A stretch of 63,623 nt of DNA, filler included, from Klebsormidium nitens (Eukaryota; Plantae; Klebsormidiophyceae): assembly GCA_000708835.1 (NCBI GenBank). It is 9 parts of 9 records of this genome, joined end to end, with 100 filler letters (N's around TTAATTAATTAA, not from the genome) between each part and the next. Parts side by side here need not be neighbours in the genome. Positions count along the whole stretch, not along the records: positions 29,948 to 51,473 come from DF237907.1; 8 more parts are not named here. The stretch is one strand, 5' to 3'. Both the position numbers and the translations under genes were made by a program. The notes beneath the pieces were generated by a model, which saw nothing but the letters and a program-made list of their open reading frames with translations, made no database searches and had not been told where the DNA came from. Below are positions 37,282 to 50,889 of the stretch, piece after piece (positions within the stretch are counted from its first letter, which is position 1; every line of letters begins with the position of its first letter).

Positions 37282-39320
37282 CGTGCTCTCGTCTTTTTGA
37301 CCGCCCACTTGGCTAAGACTTTCGATTGGGTGCTTGGAGGGCGCGAATAAAGTCGAAGGTGCCGGAAGAGGGAGAGCGCTCCTGCTTGCTGGCAAAGGCG
37401 CGAGGCAGCTTGGCGACTTGTGTTGGTGGAACTCTGAATGGAAATGAGAGCTGCGGGACTCGTACTAAGATTAGCAGAAGTCAAAGCTCGTCATTCTCAA
37501 GAGACTCGAAGTTGCACCGGGAGGTCACGAAGGGATTATGGACTTCAGAAGATGCGCTTGCATGGCTGCGGGGTCGTAAGTCTTATGTCTTAGTGTGCGC
37601 GCGGACTGTGATCTTGGACCCGCGTGACACGGGCTGTCCTGCGACGTCGCAGCATGCGATGCAGGCCCAATGTCAAATGTGTTGCGTCAATGACAGAGTC
37701 AATGGCACCGGCGCATCCATTCGCCGGCCGAGATCTTAGGCTAGGCGGCTGTTGTAAAATTTGTGATTCAGCAGCTAGCTGTCGTCATCCTCAATCTCCG
37801 GAAATCAAAATGCCATGCTGATAAGCGAGACGGCTTTGACTGCGCAGGTCGGATTCCTTGCCGAATGGGGCAGAATCTCTCCAAGGGAATTGACACTAGG
37901 GACTGCATCTCGCAGCATCAAGCAGAAGAGAAGCATGCATGCAGTACGATCGAGGCTGCAGCAGTCGCTCAAAATCGAGCTTTTCGGAAAATGGACCCTG
38001 ATTTGCATGTTCTTGAATCATGTGAAAATTTCCAAACCTGCTCGTGCGATTTCTTGACAGTTGTTTTCTAGTTCTCATGATGACCACTCTGCAAGCGCAC
38101 TTGCCCTTCAGGTGCCCACATGTCGAAGCATCTGGTGCAGTGTGCAAGACGACAAGAGAACGGCAGCTTCAAACCCGGCTTCAAACCTGCGGGACATGAA
38201 CGTGTCAGGAGGAGCTGTCTGCACTGCGGCACGCTGAGGATGATTGCCCTCATGCAGGCCAATTTAATCCGCAGTGCGCACTGATCATCATGATGATGCG
38301 ATCTACTCAAGAAGCCACTGGATTTGTCGATCCCGTGTAACTGGTAGCATGCCTCGCCCGCCGCGCCTATCATTCAAAGTTTCTCGATGGCGAAGGTCGA
38401 GATGCTGAGTGCCACACATCTCATTACTGTGGTCATGTGATAAGGAAAAGGGGGCTGCTACCTGCACATGTTCCCGCGCGATATTGTGAAAGGGCCAAAC
38501 TTTGATAATTATACGGCTTGTACGTAAAGATCGTTTATTCGGAAAAGCCGCAAGGTCGTGCGTGCACGACGAGCTAATGAACGGCTGTTGAGAGTTTGAT
38601 AGTGCCGTTCAATATAGATCTGAAAAACGCCTGCTCCATGGAGATTGAGTCCGGGTGCACTATCAGCAGGTAACTTGATGCTGCTGCTACGCTCACGCTG
38701 AGCATCTAAACCGAGGTCGAATTCGAGCAAGACATACGAGTCCCAAAACGCGCGCCGCATGCTAGCGACCCAACAATTATCTTCAGATCAGCACATGCGC
38801 CCACTCAAGCACGTACGTGATTGTAGTATTGAAGTGCCCCAAAACGATCATGTACGAAGGTCGAAGCTGGAATCAGCTCGGGAAGTTTTCAGCGTCATGC
38901 GCACATGTACCTCCGAGTCGTAGATCGTTTCTTTGGCAGCATCGAATAGAAGCTACGAATTCACAGATCATTCAGTTCGGTAGTAAACATTTTACGGCGA
39001 TAACAAACAAACCCAAGGGTCTCTGTAGGATTGTCAGAGCATCCGTTTGAATTGACAATCTCAAAGAGGAACTCGTTTAACCAACACGTTTTCCAACCTG
39101 TGCACGCTCCTAAATTGCACAGACAAACATACCCTGTGGCTAGCTGAACGCTGACAGCGCACGAGCCGTGCGCTCTCGCCGTTTCCGCGGTTTGTTCTGA
39201 CAACGAACGTGTTATGTTTGTTGACGATGGAGAAGTTCAGTCTGCTTGGTGGCCAGGTCGCTGTATCAATATTCAACATACTTATGTTACAAAGTGAACT
39301 TTTCGCAGCCGCGATGCACG

Positions 39321-41714
39321 TCACTGGATGGAGCACTGCTTCTTGCCGCTTCGGCTTCCGGACACCAGCGGCTTGTCTGGAATGCATGCGCCTTCGGGCA
39401 ACGGCTGTTTTGCCCAAGGATCTTGGAGCACTTCGGCGGAGTATCTGCGAGGCGCAGATAGCATCTTCGATGGGTTGATTAGGAGGCGATTGTGTTCGAG
39501 ACCCTCCAGTCCTTTGATTCGGAAACTCAGCGCTGTCCTTTGCCAAACCAGACTCTCATGAACAAAATCTCCGACTCTCCAGGCCAACGATATTTTATGA
39601 GTTTGACGTCAAGCAGATGGCACCGAGACGTCTACATCGGGCCCTGCTTACCATACCGCTAGATTACCCGTGGACCACTCTGGACACCTCTCGACAATGT
39701 TCCCAGGAGCTCAAAAGCCGCATGAATGACATAGTGCACCGTTTCACGATCAGTAAGAACCGATGTTTCGACGTTCATTTGCAACCACTCTCGATGGTTA
39801 TCTGAGCCCAACCAGAACCTTGAGAAGCAAGACTTACATCTTGACCTCTTTGAGAGGCTTGTCGTGCTTCGTCTTCACGAGCTGCATGTCGTCCAACACG
39901 CTGAGGGTGCTCTCCGTGACTTGCCCAAAAACGGTGTGCTTGCCGTCCAAGTGCGGGCTCTGTTGGAAAAAGAAGAGGACACAGGCTGAGATGCCATTCT
40001 TCAAGAAGCGACTCAATCAGCCGTCAAACAAGCATCAAGTCGAATGTAGAGAACCAACAGGTCTTCAGAGCTAGACCTTCCAGGAGACGTGAACATTTGA
40101 AAAGCAACAGGTCGTAAACACTGAGCAGCAATGACTGTTCGGTCTTGACAAGGAAAGCAAGCTTCGCCCTTTTGCATCGACGACAGACGCCTGCCATTGA
40201 TTCAGCCAACATGTCCCGCTGCAGCATTACTGAAGGGGTCGTAAAACCAGTGCCAAATCGCCACTTCGGAGATGGTTCCTTGATGACAGTTTGAGCAGAT
40301 TCAACGTTAAACTCCATCTTCTCAATGCCCCCCATCAGCCAGCCACGCTGTCCGTAATTTTTGGAACGAAGGTTTGCAAAATCATGAGTCGGCAGTACCG
40401 AAGAGGTGGTTCAAATCAAATTGATGCACTGCCCCAAGACAGACTCTATGGAAAACGAGTTGCCGCTCTTTCAGGTCAGAACGACGGACTAACCCAGCTC
40501 CGCTCCGCAATCAATCAAACAGCGTTGAATGCGATCGCTTTGAGATTTCAACACTCACTGGCTTATACGTGATGAACCATTGCGACGAGTTCGCATTTCT
40601 GCCAGCATTGGCCATGGACACAACTCCCTTCCGGTCGTGGCTCAGCTTGGAGCTGATCTCATCTTGGAACACAGGGCCATATATGCTTTCACCGCCAGTA
40701 CCATCGCCTGCACAAATCGAAGAGCACTCGGCATGCTGTTTGCAGCAGAGCAACAGCTCGATGGACACCAGATCTAGAAAAGTAGTGCTTCTAGACACCA
40801 GGTGCATCTGCTTCTGTCACCCAATCTTCCAGTCCGAACAACCTCGTGCTGGCTTTGACACTTACTCTCACATACGCTGATTGAATCCTTCTTGTAACTC
40901 AGGCTAGTCGAGACGCTGCTTCTGGAACAGGATGTGCAGCTGGATAGCTCCAAGAGTCACCCATCCTTTGAGGGGACCATGTAGAAAAGGAGGAAGCAAC
41001 TGATTGACTGACGATGATGGAACCTCGAGAAGGAGGCTTGCCTCTCAGAGTAGCATACCTTTGGGGTCCCCAGTCTGGCAGATGTATTCTGGCACTAGAG
41101 TCTGCACACAATCCACCACCATCGGATTTGAGGCACTCAGTTTAAAGGCTATGTATCCTCTTCTCGATTACAAAACTCCTTTGATTATTTCTAAGCTGTA
41201 AAGGTGATGGTGGAGTTCAACAGATTCATGCCTGAACTGGACACGTGGCCCCATCAAGCGCATTGTGCAAGCGTCAGCAGAGCGAAGTGAAGGCTTGAAG
41301 TGACACGTGCTTTCCATCAGCTTGACTTGAAAAGGATGCTCATGTGGAATAGTTTGCTTCAGAGCAAGCATCAGAGCGGTACTCACATGAAAAATGCAGC
41401 CGTCATAATACCCTGCTTTGCTCAGCTCGATGAAGTTTCGGCAAGTTCTGCAAGAAGCACAAGATGCTGAGCCGACCTGGCTCTCATCAACATTGAACGC
41501 AAGCCACAACATGCCAAAAGTACCAGTAAAGTGGGAAAAGTACAGCACACAGTACTGTGCTTCAACTTTTCCAGCTCAGAGTTGATCAACCGGCCCCTGC
41601 CAGCTTGCCATGAGTTGGAAAGTCTTTGGAGGCCTTCACTTACTTTGGGGTCTCCTTGTAAAAGAGCTCGATTTCCAAAGTGCCATGCGTGCAGGACAGC
41701 GAAACCAGCGCCAT
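39321..41714 (-). CDS. Single-domain cyclophilin-like protein (189 aa, 6 exons) with FHT in place of FHR and C-terminal CaaX (CSIQ)
   Basis: Exons 41714-41644, 41447-41387, 41101-41059, 40707-40559, 39959-39838, 39444-39321 are phase-consistent. Motifs [58 protein letters not shown]. Confidence 0.88.
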
Positions 41715-42098
41715 CCTTTTTGTGCTGATTCTCCCAAAGCTGGGGTCTATATATTTGCCCGAATACTGAGGTTTCTCTTCTCTTAAATCAGATAATCAGA
41801 AAGCCTCCTCGAAAGTCGTTTCATCGAAGATGCAAGCTGTTGCAGACGCTTTGAACCTTGAGCTGTTCCAGCGCAGGCAGGTCGTCTGTCCTATCAATAA
41901 CCAGCTTCAAATGGGTTCAGTGATTGCGCAGATCAATTGCTTCGAAGGGACCTTGTCTCAAACGGGTGCTAAAACTCGAGGCGATTGCATGGCATTTGGA
42001 GTTGCTTTTCGGTTTGGAACAACTTTCCAAGGCAATGCTTCAAGGTGTCGGCAATTAAGCCGAAAGCAAGAAGCAAGAGCTTGCATGACGATCGGCAC

Positions 42099-42140
42099 CC
42101 GGCCCTAAAATTAGGGTTTGGCCCCTGGCCCGCCTGGGCC
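42099..42140. promoter_or_regulatory. Telo-box plus site-II-like GGCCC motifs in the divergent cyclophilin/MOB1 promoter
   Basis: TAGGGTTT at 42112-42119 flanked by several GGCCC/TGGGCC motifs between head-to-head starts at 41714 and 42746. Confidence 0.5.
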
Positions 42141-42745
42141 GAACGGCGGTGCCACATTTAGATAAGGTTAATAGGGGCTTGCTTGAATTGGGAGCCCGAT
42201 TCTAATAGATGCCCGACGCCAAGAAGTACCACGGGGGATTGTCCCGGAAGGACGTATCTGTTCCAAAAGGCGGAACGTGCGAAGTTTTATCCCCCAGTTT
42301 TATGCCCCGCTAGTTTCTCGTCTCAAGAATAAGGGCCTCGGTCAGCTCGGTCAAGTAGCAACGGTCTGCGGCAACCACATTCATGGCGTAGAATTGGCAA
42401 TGATGCGCGTGCCATGCGCGTGCTTGAGCTGGCCATTTTATCAACTTTCTCCAGGAGAGGAGTGGAGGGACTCGGAGGCGCCTACTAAGTTCTGAAACGA
42501 GCTTCAAGTGACTGTAGCCTTAGGACCGTGTCTCGACTCCAGCATTCTTCCTTCTAAGGAAAGTAAAGGCGGGTCCCTGCACTCAGCATCTGTCCTGGGT
42601 CAGCGGAGACAGCTTTTTAGCTATTGGCGGACAATTCACCATATCGCAGACCTAGGCCAATTATACAGCAACTACATCCAAACCTGGTGATTCAATTGTG
42701 TTCACGCACCTGCGTTCGTAACGCAATCACCATAAGGAGACAACA

Positions 42746-44720
42746 ATGTTCAATTTTGGCAGGTATGGCATCAGCTTCTGGTTTGAATTGGACTTACACA
42801 TGCTTGATAATGTTAGCACTCTCTGAGGGTTTCTGACCTGCTTCATAACAGCATCACATTTAGGGTACCTCAATGATAATCTCAACTGTCATCATAGCAA
42901 TCAGGACAACTGATTCTTTGTAATGAATCGGTTGTGATTGCCAACGTTACTGCTAAGGGGCAGCTTGCCTAGCGTGGGCGACTTGATGGCTATCGGACCC
43001 CGAACGTCGTTCTTAGAGATTGCTTTTGACTGGTCGGTTACGCCCTTGGCAAGGACTTGACCCAAAGCATTGCGCTGCAGGAATCGGCAGACTTTCCGAC
43101 CAAAGAAGAACACGCCCCAAGGGAGTAAAGGAGCTCAGCTTCGGCAACACATCGATGCAACTCTTGGAAGTGGCAACCTTCGGGAAGCGGTTCGATTACC
43201 ACCGGGGGAGGATCTGAACGAATGGCTGGCTGTCAACAGTAGGTTGACCTTCTGAGCTTTTGCAGAGCGGTGTGCTTTCTGGTACATTGCCTCTTCAACA
43301 AAGTTTCTGTTGCCCTCTGTCTTTGGCAATCAGGACATTTGGTTTTGTCGAGGTCCTGCTAGGTTTGGGGATCCATTACAGGATGCAAAGTGAACTCAAT
43401 TGTACCGACTTGACGCCTCCCCGTCAGCCCTTGAAGAGACAGCAGATCTGTTAGATAATTACAGAGCCAACTGTGTGGCACAATTGCGCCAATAAGAATA
43501 TCTCATTCTTGGCTGCGTTTCTTTGATAGTCTCTGGAACTTCCTTTTGCTACAGCGGTTGACTTCTTCAACCAAGTGAACCTTCTGTACGGCACCCTCAC
43601 CGAGTTCTGCACGCCAGAGAACTGCCCGACCATGTCAGCCGGGCCAAAGTAAGCCCCCTCTGTTGCGCATTGAAGCGTCCTTTACTTTCTGTGTTTCTTA
43701 TCAAGGCCCATGTATCCTTCCTGCATCCGATACCCCTGACAAAGATATCATGTTCTGTTTCAAAGCTTCGTCGGATGCCTGCGCACCTCACCTGACCCTT
43801 TCTACTGCAGTGCATACGTGGCTTTACGCTGTCTGCTGTGGTTGCTCTTCGTATTTAGTGGGCATCATGGGGCGCACTGACCAGAAGGGCCACATTTGGG
43901 GAGAAATGCGCGGCATGCCTAAGCAGCCACATCAATCGGATGGTCTGTTCGGCTCCAGCGGCAGGCGGTCTTCTTTCGATGACTGAAGGGGTCGGAAGAT
44001 GCCTTTTCCAACCTGGCTACCTACAGGATCTGAAGGTCTGTTCGATGGTTTTGACAGGTGCTCCATGCAAAGATTGCAGTTTGTCTTTTGCAGGCTTGTC
44101 CTGATGGCCTTGCTGTCCCCTCTTGTCCCTAACGGCTCAACTTTTTCGTTGCAGATACGAATACCGATGGGCCGATGGCGTAAATATAAAGCGGCCTCTG
44201 GAGGTGTCTGCTCCGAAGTATGTTGAGTACCTAATGGATTGGATTGAGACGCAGTTGGATGACGAAAGCGTGTTTCCTCAGAAGCTAGGTGAGCTCCCCA
44301 AATCTATTGATGCGTTGATGAAACGCAGTTGGGGCGAGGAACCATATTTGATAACAATCAGCCTTCACTTCAAAAGGAAGTCGAGAAAGATCTTGGTTGC
44401 AGATTCACGAGTTGCTCTGCCGAGTTTGTGTTTGGAAGGCTTTGACTCCGGACCTCATGGGTTCCCAAATCTTGTCTTATCCTGCAGGTGCACCATTTCC
44501 GCGGAACTTCGAGGAAGACGTTGTCAAGGTTATCTTCAAACGGCTGTTCCGGGTATATGCTCACATCTATCACAGCCACTTCCAGAAGATCGTGAGCCTC
44601 AAGGAAGAAGCTCACCTTAACACTTGCTTCAAGCACTTCATATACTTCACACAGCACTTTGACCTGATAGACAGAAAGGAACTAGCACCCCTGCAAGAAC
44701 TTATTGACTCTATCACGTAG
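42746..44720 (+). CDS. MOB1: MOB kinase activator 1
   Basis: Exons 42746-42762, 43081-43238, 43555-43648, 44155-44288, 44488-44720 give TFRPKK...[28 protein letters not shown]...YEYRWADG...[16 protein letters not shown]...LAPLQELI. Confidence 0.97.
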
Positions 44721-45701
44721 ACAGAACGTCTACAATCACGAGGCGTGAGTCTAATTGGGCTAATGAGTGGCATGGGCCATTCGGTGCTTTATAAGCCCAA
44801 GTCATGAAGCCTTGCTTGCGCGAGTCCAGGCAGAAACAATGCATATGTATATAAGGGACGATTTGGATCAATCAGGCTGGGGCCTGCAATGATTGCGTTC
44901 CAGAATGTCGCAAATGCATTCCAATCCGGTATCTGCGTGCTGGGCACCAGCTGAGGGCCCGTTGCTTATCCCCAACGGCTTAGTTAGCACGCCCTCAGGC
45001 ATAGCAGGTTCATGCAGATTGCATGTACAAAATAACGGGACGACGCGCGTTACTTGCGTATTACTTGCATGCATTACTTGCATGTACAGATTGCAATTGT
45101 GGTCGACAAAGACGGCTCGGCCGGTCATGACATTGTAGACAAAACGAACGAGCTCGGGAACACTTTAAGCGGGCGTCATGGGCTGAGGCTAAAATATACT
45201 GCCGTTGTTATCAAGCCTTGCAACTTCGAAGATTGTGCGGTGCAAATGGCGGTCCGCGCGATTACGAGTCAGGACATGTTGCCAATCATGGCGGCATATT
45301 GCTCATGAACGATCAGACACGCGTGACCATGTTTATGACCAGGTCGAGCACAGTGCCCATACGTCCATGACCTCCACAACGCCCATCAAGGCGCTGAATG
45401 AAATTGCAACTGATGTTACTTTGCTGGAGTGGATATGTTGCAGAACGTAGCCAGGAGTTCTCATGACTGGCAAGCCGCCAACAAGCTGGCTGTGCATAGA
45501 GTACTGACAATCTCGTTGACTATTGCAAAGCGTTGCTCTTCTGTGCATGATCATGTCTCTCAGGCTGACCACAGGCGAATTCTTTATTTGGCATCTGTTT
45601 TACAAGAGCTATCAGTACTGCTGATTGCAGAAAGTCTCAAGCCCGTCTAGAAGAGGCGACATTGTTTCTCATCATTGTCTCTCACTCTCCCGGTCAGGTC
45701 C

Positions 45702-46616
45702 TCATTCGTAAGCCCGTTTGCGGAACACAAGTACCATGTTGTTTGCTGGCATGCAGACTTCCTGCTCAAGCTGGATACCAACAGCACTGGCAGTAGCGGC
45801 CACCTCCCCAATGTCTCGGATGCCCCACGAGGGATTTCGCCCTTTTAGGCTGGCGTCAAACTGTTCATTGCTGGGAGCTGTATGGGCTCCATTCCGCTTG
45901 AATGGCCCGTACATGACTAGGACCCCATTGTCCAGAAGCAGTCGAGAGGCGCCTCTCATGAGGCCCTCGCAGACTGCGTATGGAGCAATGTGAATCATGT
46001 TTATGTTGATGATGGCATCCGTGCTGCTCACAGGCCAGTTTTCCGCTGCTACATCCAGCGTCAGAGGAGGCAGCAGGTTCTCCTGCGCGCTGTGCTTCAC
46101 CCAGTCTGCAACGCTGGCCAAGGCCAACGTGTCAATGTCACTTGGCTGCCAAGACAGGTGCGGGAACTTGGAGGCAAAGAGGGTGACGTGCTCGCCAGTG
46201 CCGCTGGCGATCTCAAGTACGGTGCCCTGCTTTGGAAGCACCCCCTGGAGCACCTCCGCAATCAACTCCCTATTGCGCAGAGCTGCAGGTGCTGAGAGGC
46301 GCCTGTCAGGAGCCTGCTCTGCCCCTGCATCCAGTGGCGGCAACGTGCCAGCATTCTCCGCTTGGACTTTGAAGACCGATTCTTTTGGAAAGGAGTCGTA
46401 CGGCATGATTGTAAGACGAAGGGGTGAGCGTACAGGAGATGGTGGCCAGATTGGGGATCTGTAGCTAGCTGGTTTGGACTGGAGAGAAGCGCGGCTGATG
46501 AAAATTCTGGCAGGACAAGAATGGCAGCTCTGAAGCTTGACCAATGTACTACCTCCGGATCCTTGTAGCACGCCCTTGCTCAGAGCGGATTCTGGAGCGA
46601 GAGTCACCGCCTTCAT
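45702..46616 (-). CDS. DUF938/METTL26-family SAM-dependent methyltransferase, intronless, with transit-peptide-like N-terminus
   Basis: APAALRNRELI..VL, VLEIASGTGEH, WQPSD, ININMIHIAP, YGPF...HTAPSNEQFDASLKGRNPSWGIRD. The first ~70 aa are Ser/Arg/Pro-rich. Confidence 0.9.
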   Translation of the reverse strand: MKAVTLAPESALSKGVLQGSGGSTLVKLQSCHSCPARIFISRASLQSKPASYRSPIWPPSPVRSPLRLTIMPYDSFPKESVFKVQAENAGTLPPLDAGAEQAPDRRLSAPAALRNRELIAEVLQGVLPKQGTVLEIASGTGEHVTLFASKFPHLSWQPSDIDTLALASVADWVKHSAQENLLPPLTLDVAAENWPVSSTDAIININMIHIAPYAVCEGLMRGASRLLLDNGVLVMYGPFKRNGAHTAPSNEQFDASLKGRNPSWGIRDIGEVAATASAVGIQLEQEVCMPANNMVLVFRKRAYE

Positions 46617-47117
46617 ACCTTCGTACCTCCATTCAATTCTCAGAAGTCAACATGCCGTCATGAATGAACGTGAGCTGAATTGCAGCACTCCCTTCAACGT
46701 CAGCAATTGATCAAGGTCTTTGACAGTGACACCGAACCTACGACCTACTCCATGTTGGCGACTGCCAGAAGCAATTTGTGTCAACATTTGCCTCCATACT
46801 GGCACCTGGCCGGGTGCATGCTGTCCAGAGTCCAGGAAAGCTTAGCCTTCAGCATTCACCCTGCAGGCGTCTGCAGAACAATGCGCTTCCCTATACCAGT
46901 TATCTTTCTTTCATCTCTCTTTCCAGTGGGAGCCTGACCCTTCACCCTTCAATATACCAGGGCCAGCACGTTGGCAAAGAATGATAGCCAGGAAGCGCAC
47001 GTAGCAAGAACCATATTTCTTGAGCCTTGCAGCGCGTGGTCAAAAGTAGACCGCCTGGCGTCCACCGTTTTCTTTGGGCTTGTCACTTTATACTGTTTAG
47101 CTTGACAGTTGGGTTAG

Positions 47118-49943
47118 ATGGAGAGCACAAGTTGCGTTCGGCTTCTGCGAGGGACGCGGGCAATGCAGCTTAGAGAACAGACAGTGCATTCTAGCTGCCA
47201 ACAGCAGGGAACCTCTTGCGCTGGGGCTTCTCATTGTTCTGCTCCCTACAGAGTTCCCATGTGGCTGGCAACACGGCGCCGGATGCTTCAAAGCAAACAA
47301 TGGTTATGTTGCTCGTGCCAAGAGGATTCCGAAAGAGGACAATGGCCCAGATGGAAAGCAAATGCTGGAAAGCGAAACGCCATCTCAACATCCCAGCCGA
47401 TTGCCAGAGATTTGGGAAGAATACAAAGATGTTTGGTTGCGCCGCGGGCAGCTCCTAGCAGCGAGGTCTCTGCTGGGACGTCAGTGCGCTCGCTGGAAGT
47501 CATCAAGGAGGAGCTCATGGAGGCGGTTAAAGGTGTGCCCTTTTAGCCTTTTCTACCTTACTACACCGTCGCTGCTACCTTTTATGCTCTTTCGGCCTTC
47601 TCGGAGGACGTGGGCAATCTTTGTTTGAAATGGGCCCGCATGTTGGAACACACATCGATGCTTTGACGATGCCCCAGGTGTCCAGCTGCTCAATGGCCAA
47701 TGAGACCCGGAAAAGTTCCCACAAAATAGTACCACCACTCGCAGAGCGCCCCAAGCCTCAGCGAAACGGCAGGACGGCTTAGACAATTGAAAATGGTCAC
47801 TCGGTCCTCGCGAGCGCTCAAATGTTTGTGATCACGTCCGTTTGGGAAGGCTGTGGGAAATACAAGGCGCCTGCAATCAGGACTCTGTACCGTACCCTTT
47901 TGCAGTAGAATTTCTGATCATGCTCGTAGGAAAGCCATACTACTTGTGGTAGTGTCTTCTGATCCAAGCCTGTCTTTTATTTTCGAATCCTGCAACAGGA
48001 AGGTGCGAGCAAATCGTAGATTTCTATCACTCCGGGCCTGGACAAATGCGACACAAGGGTATCCTCAGAACCCCCTACCTCAGGTTTTGTAGATCAGAGA
48101 CACTTGCCTGTAGCAGCTCATCTCTGCTCACACCTGTTGCAGGCACAGACATGGGAATCTTCGGTGTCCCTTCAGGGAAAAAAGACCACATAGAACGGCT
48201 TATTGCGGAGTTGGAGGAGCACAATCCGACTGATAGCCCAACAGAAAATCTTGAGAAGGTATGTCAGCAAAGCGAGTTCTTATCCTGAAAGCTGTTGAGA
48301 CAAGTCATGACAACAGAAAGGAGGCCCAGCTCTTGCAGTTTACAATTCAGATGTTGAGCCTCCCCGCCTCTTTTTCGCAAACGAGGCACTGCACGTGCTT
48401 ATGTCACTTCGTCCAGCATATCTTTATTGCGGTCCTACAACTGGCAGGCCTTATTCGAAAGCTAAGAACATCTGGGTTTTGGAAAGCCAGACAGTCTGTC
48501 CGTTATCACAGGTTGCTGGCGAATGGACCCTTCTGTATAGTACGATCAAGATTCTGGGGTCGAAACGAACCAAGCTTGGACTACGCGAATTTGTAAAGTT
48601 GGGAAACTTTAGGCAGATCATTGATGTGGATCAGGTGAGGCACTTGTGTTGGCCACTAATTCAATAGCACAGATTTGGACCAACACTGTGGAGACAGTTC
48701 GTTCAGGTGACTATGCCAAATCTTTGATGTCGCTCGATTTTGCAAGTATCGCATGCTCTTTGCCTAGTCAATTGCGCCAAATCAACATTCTTCTGGCCCA
48801 CATCATGGCGTCATGGACGAACAAGGGCTGCTTCGATCGTCTCAAGATTGGTGTAGCTCGTTGGCTTAGCTGTGGTCCACTCCTGCGTTTGAATTGTCTC
48901 GACCAACTGTATCCTGCAGAGTCAAGCTTCAAACGTCATCGACTTCCGAGTTACCGGCCTTGGCTTGCTGACAGGGAGCTTCACGATTGATGCCAGCTTC
49001 AAGCCGGTATCCCCAACAGTAAGTCAGCCATGCGGATGTTTGACTCATGACGTCCGGGAATGATTTGAATTCCCAGATGAGATGCCGCTTTTCCTTCAAA
49101 ACACCCGTTGGCAGAGGCTTTCTGCTGCAATCTTCGTCCGTCGCATGAGAGGGCCGTCTGCAGATACGCTCTGAATTGGCATACCGTAAAGATTGTGGAA
49201 GAGACCGCAGATAATATAGCCACTTTAAAGCCGTGGTTCGGCAGCCGCTCAATCCATCTCACCGGGCTGGTGATTCAGAACTGTACTAAAAGCGGAAGAA
49301 GTGGGGTTGTAATCAGAAGAGTAACTGCATTGTCATCCGACATTCTGGTTCGGCAAACCTTCGTCAAAGCGGGAACTCGCCCTCAATCCCAGCTCACCCG
49401 TTGTTCGCTAAGCAGCAAAGGATGAATTTTGGCCGTCAGTAAGCCGGCCTGATTTTTTGCAGCGTGTTGAGATCAAGTTCCTGAAGTCGGTGTTGGTACC
49501 GGAGCAGCTGTTGCTCCTGTTTCAAAAGAACTACGACTTGCTGCTCTCCGTCTTCAACCCGGAGGGCTGGCTGGACATCACGTGAGTGCTCGCGTCTCCC
49601 CACAGAGTAGCAACGTTCTAAATGAGTCCAGGCATGATCACCCTTTGCGCCAGTGTAAAGCAGCAGCCTCTCAAAGCGTTGCTGATGATAATCTCCTCTT
49701 ATTGGGGTGCCTTTTAGATAGCTTGTGCCAGCCGATAGGAAGTCCCTCGGGATGTCTTACTCTAAACACAGATTCCGGTGGTTCTTCGCTTCAAGTCCTG
49801 ATCTTCGAGGAGATGTGAAATTAAGCTGGGCACGGCAACGTTCACGAAGGTTTCTAACCGTTGATTGTCCGTGCAGGTTTTCAGACGAACAATTGCGTGT
49901 TGGCAGGGACGACAAAGGCAACGTATTTGTGTTAAGAAGATGA
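47118..49943 (+). CDS. FBN5: Plastid lipid-associated PAP/fibrillin, fibrillin-5 type, 6 exons
   Basis: Exons 47118-47532, 48143-48258, 48512-48634, 48920-49018, 49463-49581, 49877-49943 give [20 protein letters not shown]...[16 protein letters not shown]...[14 protein letters not shown], the FBN5 signature as recalled. Confidence 0.9.
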
Positions 49944-50889
49944 GTCGCACGTCACTGCAATCCCTGTCTCACCATGGCTCGCTTTAAGTTAGAGGACGTC
50001 ATATTTTGACCAGTCGAAATATCCTGTATGCTGCCTATGCTGCCCATGATGGACAACGATGAACGACGAGCGGCCCCACGGTCGCAATTCAAACACCATC
50101 TGCATGTTCAATTTCCAACTTTTAGTCGTCCTGTCAAAATGCAATGCAAGGTGGCACTGCGAAAGAGCTGCAAAGTTGCGCATGATCCCAAGCGCTAGCT
50201 TTCCAAAATTCCGAACGTTCAATCTGATGGATGAAGCTTAATTCCGGTGATGCATGTGCTCTCCGCTTGACCATCATCATCCGATTCATGTGCAATCAAT
50301 GATATCATTGTGTGGCATGAATGGGCAGGCATGGACTCCGTAACACAAGGGTGGATCTCTGATATTGCGTTGAGAAGCCAACGGCTGATATATATCGTTG
50401 TATAAAGATTCTCGCATGTTGTATCTTTGCGATACACTTTTTGCTGCTCGGATCTCATCAAAGCATCTTAACGAGTGATTCATACGAGCATGCTCGTGAC
50501 AACACTACTTAGGCTAAGGTTCATGTGGGATAGGAGGCCGGGTGCGTTTTACATTGTACGTGATACATGCATATGCTTTTATTGCTTGCAACATCACGCA
50601 TAGAGCTAAGCAACACTCAAATCACACACATCGATCGATATCAAGGTAAATTTGATTCATGCAACCATGTGGAAACATGGCCAACACAGCCTAGCCTGGG
50701 TCTGTCCCTCACTGTCATCCCAATACTGACATTGAGCAAGCAGGCTGTATTTCATTGAGCCTGTGCGTATGCTGTGAGCCTGTGCATCCGTTTCTATGCA
50801 CGGATGCACTTTTTGTGTAAACGTTAGCTGTCTTTGAAGTCTATGAAGGTATCTAGTATTGAAAGTCTTACTTCAACTTTCCTGCTTTC

